Below are positions 52,081 to 62,400 of a DNA stretch of 64,000 bases, piece after piece. The notes under the pieces are model-generated. The model had not been told where the DNA came from and did not search any database. It saw only the letters and a list, made by a program, of their open reading frames with translations. How positions within the stretch are numbered: the stretch's first letter is position 1; the number at the start of each line of letters is the position of its first letter. This DNA is from Chloropicon primus (lineage: Eukaryota). Where the stretch lies: contig CP060758.1 in the NCBI GenBank assembly GCA_023205875.1, positions 868,001 through 932,000 of the forward strand. The letters are read 5' to 3'. The position numbers and the translations under genes are program-made.

Positions 52081-52850
52081 ATGGCGACCACCGACAGGAT
52101 GAGGATGATGAGGACGAGCGTGCAGTGCGGGGGAGGGAGGGGGATGGTGGGGAGGCCTGGGAGGAGGGTTCAGGTGCCCCGAGCCCTTCCCAGTTTCAAG
52201 AGGACGATGCGTTCGGACCTCTTCACGGGGAAGAAGGACGAGATGGAAGGAATGGCTGCGAACGTGCTTATCTTCCTTCCGAAGGCCTTCGAGGACGCTG
52301 GGAGCGGTGCGCTGAACGCGTTGGGGATGGGAAAGCCCGTCCTCGTCAACCTGAACTTCATCCGTGAGTCGGATATCCACTCGCCGCAAGTCTCTCTTCT
52401 TGGTCTGACCGTCTTGCTGAATCTTTCGCTCTTCCCCTTTTCTTCGGCCGTACCGGTCAGACGGAGTGGCGGAGCAGCAGGTGAGAAGGAGCGCACGTCC
52501 TCCCGCCGCCCCCGAAACCCTCGCCATCGCTGACTACTTTCTTTTCCCTCTCAGCGCTTGCTTGATTTCGTTACCGGAGGCTGCTTCGCTCTTGGTAAGT
52601 GAAGATCCCTCGAGGGTCGCGCTCGCTTGGGCTGGACTGACAACTTACCCCTCCCTCTCGCTCCGCGCCAGGTGGCTCCCAGACCAAAGTCGCCGAAGGC
52701 GTCGTGCTCTTCACTCCGAAGGGCTGCACAGTTTCCACCCTCCCTCTCGAGCCCGCGGCACCCCAAGCCGTGGACGAGACGTTGGCGAGAGAGATGCAAC
52801 TCGACGTCGCCCAGGACGCGGGCTGGGTCGACTCCTGGATCCAGGAGTAA
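52081..52850 (+). CDS. sepF: SepF (YlmF/Cdv2) FtsZ-anchor homolog with probable plastid transit peptide; exons 52081-52363, 52461-52480, 52555-52594 and 52672-52850
   Basis: Three canonical GT-AG introns splice in frame to 173 aa containing VLIFLPKAFEDAGSGALNALGMGKPVLVNLNFIHGVAEQQRLLDFVTGGCFALGGSQTKVAEGVVLFTPKGCTV, which is the SepF core (P..FED, V.VNL, QR.LDF..G..A..G, LFTP). Confidence 0.85.
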
Positions 52851-53203
52851 TGTGGACAAGGCAACCGTGTAACAAGACAAGTTTTTACCCGATGGATGCC
52901 ACATGTAAACGCACAGAGTTGCCCCGGGCTTCTGCTTCCCCCGCGTTGATTTCGAGTCGGCCTCGTGCGCCACCCCTTCTCACTGCTACTCCCCCCCCCA
53001 ACCTTCTGGAGTGAAGCACTCGTGCCGCCATCATGGGATTCAGCAATCCTGCACCCAACACGTTCGAACTCCTTCCCTCATGGCTCGCCCTTCCCTTCCC
53101 TTCCCTTGGCCTCCCCTGGACAAAGATCAAAGATCTCGACGATCAAAATATCCAAGGCTGACTCGGCCGCTTGAGCGAGCGAGCGCTTGCTTGAGAGGGA
53201 GAG

Positions 53204-53668
53204 ATGAGAGTGGTGCCTAGGGCGAGAGCGAGCGTTGCGCCGAGGGGGGCGGGAAGCGGAAGGAGGTGCCGACGTGCTGGACGTCAGGCGAGTCTCCGGG
53301 AGGAGGGGGGGAGGCCGAGGGCGTCTTGGATCCAACCTCTTCGCGCCAAGGAGGCCGAGGAGGATGTCTCAGCAGAGGATCAGAAGGCCGAGGAGCCCAA
53401 GCTCACGGCGGGCGGCCTCGCGGAGTTGGTCGGGCTCGGGATGGGTCTCCCCGTCCCCGCGAAGACGACGTACGACCCGGAGAAGAAGCAAATCGTCGCC
53501 GAGTTCGAGGCAAACAACTTTGCGCAGGAGCAAAAGTACCGGGACTCGGGGTACGTGGACGAGGGGGCGACCTTCAACTGGTTGACGCTCCTGTGGCTGC
53601 CCGCGATCGGAGGAATCGGCTACGGGATCTTCCTCACGCTCCAAGCCCTGGCCTCCCAAGCCAAGTGA
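53204..53668 (+). CDS. Hypothetical protein, probably plastid-targeted, with a C-terminal TM helix
   Basis: Arg/Ala-rich N-terminus, genome-typical codon usage, EANNF and GYVDE segments, hydrophobic tail WLTLLWLPAIGGIGYGIFLTL. Confidence 0.65.
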   Translation: MRVVPRARASVAPRGAGSGRRCRRAGRQASLREEGGRPRASWIQPLRAKEAEEDVSAEDQKAEEPKLTAGGLAELVGLGMGLPVPAKTTYDPEKKQIVAEFEANNFAQEQKYRDSGYVDEGATFNWLTLLWLPAIGGIGYGIFLTLQALASQAK

Positions 53669-53727
53669 GCCGGCTGCGTTTCAGGGCCATCAAGTTTTGT
53701 ATCAAGATCTACTCATTCTGTGTTAGT

Positions 53728-55149
53728 TTAGTACCCGCTCAGGATCAAGATGGTGCTCAGGGTGACCGTGAAGAACACCGTGACCAAGGACGCCATGTCA
53801 ATAATCAAAGGAATCCTTTCGAACTTCTTCCTCTTTACGAATTTCAACGCAATGCTCATGTTGCTGCTTTCCCCCTCGTCGCCTCCACCCCCTTTCAGGC
53901 TCTCAGCGGCGATCGACTGTCGCGCGGCCTCCTGCTTCGCCATATTGGTCAGCGCGAACACGACGATGGTCTCCGGGACCCCATAGGCCACGCAGCAGTA
54001 GCACACCAGAACAAGCTTGGTGACTGCGGTTGGGTAGCTGGACTTGGGCAGCTGGTCATTCACCACGAACTGGAGCGCCGTGAGAGACAGAAAAAGGGTG
54101 ATGTTGAGGGCTATCCTCGCGTCCAGGGACTCGGCCGGAATGATGAACGTGATCAGGGACAAGGCCACCAGCAGCAAGACGGGGACGCAGATGTTGAGCA
54201 CGTAGTACCGCCAGATCCGATGAATGGAGATCACGATGTCGAACGAAGTGAGTTGCGCCGCCGGGGGGCTCGCGCTGGGCCTCGTGTCGTTCTCGCCGCA
54301 AGTCGTCGCAGCAGCTGTGGCATCGATCAGGAGCTCCTCCGCGCAGGCACCCTGGGGCCCCTTCGAGAGCGGATAGGGATCCGAGCCCGGGGAAAATGCG
54401 CCGTAGTTCTCCATCCAGTAATCGAGCTCGTCCTTGAGCGTGAAGTTTCGGGTCCTCACATCAATCGAATCGATCCACCACCCACTGACGACGTCCCCCT
54501 CACCCCGGACGAGGAACCGCGTGGCCTTTGCCGCGGGAACGAACCTGGAGATGGTCGTCGCGACCGATTGGAACTCGAACTGCATCACGAGCGTCTGCTC
54601 ATCGAAGGGAAACCGCCTAAAGTCCATGGGCGTGAAGTAGCGAGCGTGGATTCCTGTCCACCAGGCTACGGCACCACTGTCCTTGTCGATGATTATGTTG
54701 TAAGGTTGGAGGCGACCCTCCGGAAGCTCGTAGACGTTGAGCTGCCCGATATTGGGGAGCCAGACCCTGTCGCAGCAGCTTATCTCAGGCTGGTACTCGA
54801 GCAACCCCGGAGGGACTCCAACCTTTGTCGGAATGTTCTGCTGGCTGGAGCACGTCCTCTTGCAGCTGTCCACCGAGCCGTTGCGAAACGCCTCCGTGCT
54901 CTCGACCATCCTCGACCACGCCGTGCCGTCCTGCCAGCTCAAATAAAGGTAGAGGATCGATTCGAACTGGTAATTCTCATCATCGACAGCCAGCAAACGC
55001 TCAAGCATCGCGCTCACGTGCACCTCCTTGGCCCCCCCTGGGGGGAAGCCGCCCTGGCCGGTGATCGGGGGTTGCATCTGCAACAGGACGCCCCACCGCG
55101 GCAAGGGGTACACCACCAGAACGAACAAAAGCCACCATCGCAACAACAT
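53728..55149 (-). CDS. Pentameric ligand-gated ion channel, Cys-less (Pro-loop) type
   Basis: Signal peptide, LYLSWQD, VWLPNI, MDFRRFPFDEQTL loop, RIWRYYVLNICVP (M1), ARIALNITLFLSLTALQ (M2), LPKSSYPT, M3 and M4. Confidence 0.88.
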   Translation of the reverse strand: MLLRWWLLFVLVVYPLPRWGVLLQMQPPITGQGGFPPGGAKEVHVSAMLERLLAVDDENYQFESILYLYLSWQDGTAWSRMVESTEAFRNGSVDSCKRTCSSQQNIPTKVGVPPGLLEYQPEISCCDRVWLPNIGQLNVYELPEGRLQPYNIIIDKDSGAVAWWTGIHARYFTPMDFRRFPFDEQTLVMQFEFQSVATTISRFVPAAKATRFLVRGEGDVVSGWWIDSIDVRTRNFTLKDELDYWMENYGAFSPGSDPYPLSKGPQGACAEELLIDATAAATTCGENDTRPSASPPAAQLTSFDIVISIHRIWRYYVLNICVPVLLLVALSLITFIIPAESLDARIALNITLFLSLTALQFVVNDQLPKSSYPTAVTKLVLVCYCCVAYGVPETIVVFALTNMAKQEAARQSIAAESLKGGGGDEGESSNMSIALKFVKRKKFERIPLIIDMASLVTVFFTVTLSTILILSGY

Positions 55150-55360
55150 CTCTCGTTCGAAAGAGCAAGGTGCGACGCTTCCTTCTTCCCGGTCCTCCGC
55201 TTCTCCCTCTTCCTCCGCCTCGCGCTCCCGTCCTCTTCGTTTCTCCCTCTGTCTCGTCTCGTCCTCGTTCGCCCTCGTGCTCGCCCGTTATGATGGTTCG
55301 TTTCGGGGTTCAGAAGTTCCGAAGAGCACGACGCGCGTGCCGTGCGTGCGTACGTCAGAG

Positions 55361-56383
55361 ATGGACGTTTCGCTTGGTTGTCCGCGAGGACGAGTCGGTT
55401 GTAGAACGTCGTCATCATCATCGTCGTCCTCGCCGTCGAGGACTGCGGCGACGAGGAGGCTTGGGGGGAGCGACCTGGTGACGTCTCAAGTAGGCATCGG
55501 GACTCTGCAGTGGGGTGACGAGGGATGCGGATTCAACAAGAGCTATCGCGCGATTGACCTCGAAGTTGCCTTCAAGGAGGCTGTCGCCGACGGCATAAGT
55601 TTCTTCGACACGGCGGAGGTCTACGGGTACAAGCAGCACAAGTTCATGCAGAGCTCGGAGTGCCTGCTGGGTGAGTTCTCGAGGGAGGTCGACACCCCCG
55701 TGACGATTGGTTCCAAGGTGTTCACCATTCCCTGGACGAACTTGCTGGTGGGAGGAAGCCCTCGGCTCGGGAGGGCGGCGCTCGTCGAGGCCCTCAAGTC
55801 CAGCGTCGAGAGGGTGGGAAGGCCGCTGGACTTGTGGAGCATCCACTTCCCCTTTCCAACCTTTAAGCAGAGCGTCTTGGTGGACGCGCTCAAGGAGGCG
55901 ATGGACTTGGAGCTCACGAGGGCGGTGGGGGTCTCGAACTACAGCGCGGCGCAGATGGAGGAGGCCCGCGAGCTTTGCAGCCAGGCGGGCGTCCCCCTGG
56001 CCTGCAACCAGGTCAAGTACTCCCTCTTGGACAGGAAAGCTGACAAGGAGGGGCTCTTGAGGCTGGCCAAGGACTTGGAGGTCTGCGTTGTCGCGTACAG
56101 TCCCCTGGAGGGGGGGAAGCTGACGAGCGCGGGGCGGGCAAAGGACCCGGGTAACGCAAAGTTGCAGGAGCTTTTGAAGGTGATGGAATTCGTTGGCACG
56201 GTCAACGGCGGAAAGTCAATCGCTCAAGTTTCTCTCAATTACCTGGTTCAGAAAGGGGCTCTCCCGATCCCCGCGGCCAAGAACGCACAACAAGCGAGGG
56301 AGCACGCCGGGGCAATGGGCTGGAGCTTGGACGAGAACGAGGTGTCCCTCCTGGACGAGAAGCTTGATTATCTGAAGTTCTGA
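55361..56383 (+). CDS. Aldo-keto reductase (pyridoxal reductase-like), probably plastid-targeted
   Basis: GIGTLQWG, FFDTAEVYG, IHFP, AVGVSNY, NQVKYSLL, AYSPL and PIPAAK. First ATG at 55361, followed by a Ser/Arg-rich transit-like stretch. Confidence 0.9.
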   Translation: MDVSLGCPRGRVGCRTSSSSSSSSPSRTAATRRLGGSDLVTSQVGIGTLQWGDEGCGFNKSYRAIDLEVAFKEAVADGISFFDTAEVYGYKQHKFMQSSECLLGEFSREVDTPVTIGSKVFTIPWTNLLVGGSPRLGRAALVEALKSSVERVGRPLDLWSIHFPFPTFKQSVLVDALKEAMDLELTRAVGVSNYSAAQMEEARELCSQAGVPLACNQVKYSLLDRKADKEGLLRLAKDLEVCVVAYSPLEGGKLTSAGRAKDPGNAKLQELLKVMEFVGTVNGGKSIAQVSLNYLVQKGALPIPAAKNAQQAREHAGAMGWSLDENEVSLLDEKLDYLKF

Positions 56384-56470
56384 TGGACCATGGGCTTTTT
56401 TCTTTAACAAAAGTAAGTAAAAAAGTGTTTGATTACAAGTTTGATTAAGTTCCGTTTCCATTTTTTTTGT

Positions 56471-59400
56471 CTATTGCCTGCCCTTGTTCCTCAGCTCCGC
56501 GAGCTTTTTGTCAATCTCGTCCCACTTGACGGCTTGAATGTCGGGCTGGTCGCTGGAGTCAAAGTCGCTGCCCCAGCCTCCGTCTTCCATCTCGAAGCAT
56601 TCCCCGACGTCCTGATCAAAGTTTCCTGACGTGCTGCTTCCTTCCCCCCACATCAAGTCGGCGGAGAGAGGAAGCTCTTCCATGATCCACTTGTGGACGT
56701 ACGGGGGGTCCTCGTACTGGTCCTTCTTGGTCACAATCTGCCTCAGGGTGGTCCTGCTTTCCGCCAAGAGCTCCTCGCAGCCCTCCTTCACCATCTTCTC
56801 CCAGTACTCCAACGACTCGCATATGGCGCACTCCATCTTCTCTGCCGACTCGATGGCGTGCTCCATGTCCAAGCCCCTGTGCTTCTTGGACACGAGCTTG
56901 ATCATGAAGGATCGCGAATCGATCTCCTGGCTGTCCGCATCTGGACTCCACAAGGAAGAGAACAAGTATGCCGATCCGTTGTAGTACTTCTCAGGGTCGT
57001 AAACCTCAGCGGCCATGGCGCAGAAGTGGGTCTTGCACAGCTGCTCGTTTACTGTCTGGTCCCAGATGCTCGGGTCCATGTCTTCGGGGCAGAACCTCAG
57101 CATGTACTGCAGCTGGTCCTCGAACCTCCGCCTCCTCTGCATCTCTTTGACAAATTTGTCCACGCTGATGTCTTGGGAGATCAGCGTGTACAGGCCGTAC
57201 CATATGGCATCCTGGTGGTAGCCCCTCTCCTTGGTGACCTGGCCGTCTATGAAAAGCACGGAGGCCACGCGCTCGGGACCCATCTGCACGGCAGCTTCGT
57301 ATGCGAGCTGGCAACCCATGCCAAAGCCAAGGAGAATATACGGAGCTTTCGGTTGAATGATTTGCATAGCTTGCACGTAGACTTCAACCAGCTCTTCGAT
57401 GCTGCGGACGTTGTGCAAGCACTCGAAATCCGGAAGCTGCAAACCAAAGCACTGGATGCTCATGCAAGAAATCAAGTCGTCCAGCAAATCCACGTAGCCC
57501 GTGACATCATGGAAGAAGAAACAGCAGAGATCTCCCATCGTGTAGTTAACGTCATTCAGTCGCACAACCTTCACGTCATCGGAAGTGAGTTCCTTTTGAG
57601 GTCCCTTGGCATTCAGGGCAACATGGAATTGTGCCACGAGCCCTGTTCCAATATTGTCGTCCCTGACATCGTCGATATCGTAGTCATAATCGTGATTCTT
57701 CACGCGATCCAAGATTGCGGGGCCACTGTTCGGATCATTCCCGTCCTCATTTCCGACAAACCACAACCCAGCCTTCGCCTTCAGGGCTTCGGTGTCTTCC
57801 TTCCGAAGACCCATTTTCTGCAGATACGCTTCCATCTCCGCGGCTTCCTCCTTTGTTAGAGTGAAAACCTCCTTTTCTTTCTTGAGTTCCTGCCAGCCAT
57901 TGCATACTAGCACTTGCTTCATTGGCTCGGAGATCATTCGCATGTCTCCCAGTGGCTGGCGAAGCATTGTGAAGTGGTCACCTGGAACGTCAATAATCTT
58001 CAAGTTGCTGCAGAAGTCCATCCAGCCCACGCCATGAGGGAATTCTTCATTGTCAAGGTCTTCGTCATGCATGTAGGCAACAACGCCCCTGATATTCGCA
58101 CGGAAGTAGTAGACGTCGGCCTTCTCAAGGTAGCCACTGAACACGTGGCTCCTCATGTCTGAAGCCTGAGATCCCGTCTTGATCGCACTAGCGATCGCGA
58201 GAACCTGCTCACGGACTTGCACAGCAGAGAAATTTTCATCCCTCATGATGCGGTACACTGGAGCAAAATACTCGTACTTCTGGTAGAATGGCATGTTTGC
58301 CCACCCTTGCCTCTGGTGCCCGAAATCGATGGCATTCAGAATCATCTCCATCAACTCCACAGCATTCTTGTCGTTCGCGATCGCATTCAACTCTGCCTTG
58401 CGAATTTGGCAAGGATGGGGAGCATCAAACAGGAAAACACCAGCGATCTCACGACCTATCTTTTGAAGCTGAATTGCAACCTCAAGGGCAACGACTCCTC
58501 CGTAGCTATGGCCGCCTATCAGGTACGGGCCGTAAGGCTGGATCTTGATCATATCTCTCACGTGGTTCTTTGCCAGTTCGAATATTGAAATTTCGTTGTC
58601 CTTCTCCAATGTGTAAATGGGCTGATCGCACCAGCCCAAGAACCGCATGAATGCAAAGTAAGCAGATTGGCCATTGGCAACACCGGGTGCAGCCAGGAAT
58701 AAAGGCCTGATCACATTTCCCCTCAACGTCTTGATAGACGGAGTTTGAGATTTTGTCTTCACATCTTGAACCTTTGCCACCTTCGGAGTAGACGCTTCTG
58801 AGCCCGAGTACTGGGCTTGTTCCGCTTTTGTCTTCTCTATGGCAGCAGCTGTGAACTTTGCAATGGCTTCCACAGTCTGGTAGTCATACAGCAGCGTAGC
58901 AGGCAGCTTCATACCAATGGCGTTGTTGAGCGAGCTTCTCAATTCCATTGCATTCCTGGAATCCATGCCGTTGGACATGAGGGGCTCGTCATCCTGAGGG
59001 GTATGCCCAATAAGAGCCTGGACCTCGTTCTTCACCAACGCCAACACTTCCTCATAACCGCTCTTCACGTCATCCAAATTCTTTCCTTTAGGATCTTTGT
59101 AGTGCTCAAAGTCCTCAGGATATTTCTCTTTGTACAATGGACTTAGTTCCTCGTCATCCGTGGACGAATCAGAACTTACACGAACGAAATCCACCTCCTT
59201 GTATGTCTGCATTGTCAGTTCAGATACATCGGTGTACAAGGAGAGCTTCCTCGCATGAGAAATAGGCCCTTCTTCGTAGGTCATGTTCTCAAATGCAAAC
59301 AGCTGTTGCTGTGAGTTCCTATCCTTCACGACCATGTCGATTCCACCGTCAATATTTTCAAATGCCACAAGTTGCTTTGTGGCTCGAGCTATATTTCTTC

Positions 59401-62400
59401 GGATGCTGTAGGACTTGATCGTACTCAGAATCTGTGGAAGGTCGCTGTAACTCCTCTTGTATGGCAGAACACTTCGCGGGTTCATGCTGTCAAGGAACCA
59501 AGTATCTTCATTCTCTTCGCTTTCGTAGCAAGCTGTGATCACAGGGAAGCTGCCGGAAAGTCTGTTTGCATATTCACGCGCAATGGAGACATCTGGGATG
59601 GCTTCCTCGTTCAAGCTGGACATTTGGGCTTTCACCGTGTACAAGTGACTCTGCTTGTACTTTGTGTTGTCTTCCTCGAGCTTCTCCTGGACATTCAGGC
59701 TGATGTCTCCATCTGAGTCCAGAGATACCACTATTCGTGAATCGTGAAGATCATAAGCTTGAGATACCATGAAGTACTTGGACACAACAAAGTTCGAAAT
59801 AAGCGAGGGCTTGTCGGTCACGGCAGCACCTGCGGCATCAATGGCGTCAAGGAGGACACTGCTTGGAATCATCCAGCGTTGAGTCACACTTAACTCAGCA
59901 GCTCTTGCTGACATGACAGTGTCAAGAGGTATCTCAAATATTGACTTTGAGTACTTCATTCTTGGATTCGAAGCACTCATTAGGACCTGCTTGATCTTTC
60001 TCGGGCATACAAGAGCTGCCCAGAGATACTCCTTGCTCCAATTGATCAGTGTATTTTCATGAATACGAGTGTCTTCGGAACACTTCATGAGGATGTTACT
60101 GTTTGTTCCTTGGGCTGCAAATGAATTGATGCAAGCAATGGTGCCCGCACCCTCCTGGTATGCTAACATCTGCCTGGTCCTAGGAAAGGCAAGAGAAGCA
60201 TGCTTCTGACTTGAAAGCTGATCCGCAATGTAAGGATTGACACTCCTCAGGTGGTTTATAGCAGGCATCGCATTGGACTCCAGCGTTCTGACAGCATTAT
60301 GCAAGAGCATTATGCCAGCAGCTGCTTCTTGATGTCCCGTTGCTCCCTTTCTTGACGAGATTCCCACGTTCGACGATTCATCAGAAGTGGTTTGTAAGGT
60401 CTTGACTGTTGTGAGGCAGGCCTTGAGCTCGATTGGATCCCCTAAGGCTGTACCAATGCAATGAGTCTGAAGCACGTGAATTGCTGAGATCTGGGTATTT
60501 GACATCAAGAGTGACTTCCTGATAACGTCCTCTTGAGCCGGACCATTTGGTGCAGTAAGAGAACTACTGAATCCGCTATGATTCACTGCTGAAGAACATA
60601 AAATCATGCCTGGTACAGAAGATTCATCCAAATTGTGAATGTACGCTAGTCTGCATGCTTCACCTCGGCCATATCCATCAGCAGCTGCATCGAAAGATTT
60701 ACATCTTCCATCTTCAGTGAGGAAGCCAGCATTCTGCAGAGACAAAGTTGAAGTTGGAACAAAAGAAATCATTGCTCCACCACAAATTGCACTGTTCTCG
60801 CTGCTTTCTCTCAGATATCTCAATCCAAGATGAGTTGTCACAAGAGATGATGCACACGCCACATCAACAGTGAGGGAAGGACCTCTAAGACCGAAGCAGA
60901 ATGAAGTTCTACCTGACACGACACTCAGAGCAGCACTCGTGAAACTGAAGCTGCCAATGGGAATAGACTGGACGCTTGGCATCCTTGTGTAATCCAGAGC
61001 ACAGCAAGCAATGTAGCAGCCCACATGATCCCTGTCAAAGTTCGTTTGCTGTTTCAAGGATAAAGTTTCTTCCAGCAGTAACCGTTGCTGGGGGTCCATG
61101 AGTGTTGCTTCCGCCTTGTACATCCTGAAAGCACTAGGGTCAAAGTACCCCACATCCTCAAGATAGCAGGCAAATCGAACAGGAATGTCACTCAGATTCA
61201 GATTCGATGTATCCAAATACTGGTGATCCCATCTCTCCATAGGCACGGTGCCAACATTCTCTGCTTCACCAATATCCCTGAACGCACCAAAAGCACATAG
61301 ACTTTGAATATATTGATTCTCGAACGCCTTCATTGGTAATTCACCAACAAGTGCAGTAGCATCCAGCGGTGAATCGATGTTCATTGTCTCCATGACCGAT
61401 TCAACCATCATATCAATAGTAGGATAGTCAATCACAAACGTGGAACTAACCTCAAAGCCATAACGATCATTCAAAATATGAGCAATCTCTGTGGCACCCA
61501 ATGAATCCAAGCCAGCAGCCATGAGGGGCTCGTCCGGCTGGACATCATGACCAATAACGCCGCAGACGACTGACTTAAGATGACTTCGAATCTGGTCTTC
61601 ATCCATGACAGGTGCTGCTCCTTGTCCAGTCACAAAACTGATATCTGGCACCTGTTGAGCAGCACTAACAGCAAATTCAACTGAAGCATGCTCACTCAAG
61701 TAATGCGTCTTCTTTGGGATATGGCTCATGAACACAGGCCAATTAAATGGATTGACGACATCTATCGGCGTGGGCGTCATGCTTTGCATGCTCTGCATGA
61801 CACAAGCCAATGCAGACATACCCTCCTCGGCTGTCAAGGAGGACATTCCCGTCCTTTGCAAACGCAGAGCTGTCTGCTCGTTCTGCGAAGCCATTCCGCC
61901 TCCAGACCAGGCACCCCAGCAAATACTAGAAGCAGTAGATCCCATGCTCATTTGACGCACGGCGAAAACATCTAGGTACGCGTTGGCTGCACCATAGTTG
62001 GATTGGCCTGGGGAGCCCAGAGCTGCTGCGACAGACGAAAACATGATAGAGGAGTCCAACCTGATGTTGGACGTGAATCTGCTGAGAATATCGAGTGCAC
62101 GTTGCTTTGGAGCAAAGACACTTCTGCACTTCTGGATAGACTGCTTCAGCAGTGTTGCATCTGCTAGCACACCTCCTGCGTGAATCATCACATCAATTTG
62201 GTGTTGCATCACTTGAACCACTCCTTCGACATCACTTGTCAAGGAAGCATCACACTTCATTAAGGATTGCACCATCAAGATCTGTGACGATCTGGAGCAG
62301 ATCTTCTCAGCGTAAGTTGCACTCGCATGACCTGATCTGCCCAGAGCAACAGTGTGGTGGATGGGCAAGCCCGTGTTCCATGCACAAAGCGCAGAACCCA

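Noticed and set aside
55028..55360. Apparent overlap of the AKR ORF with the pLGIC 5' end
   Set aside because: The ORF-track start is TTG; using the first ATG (55361) leaves an ordinary ~210-bp divergent promoter.
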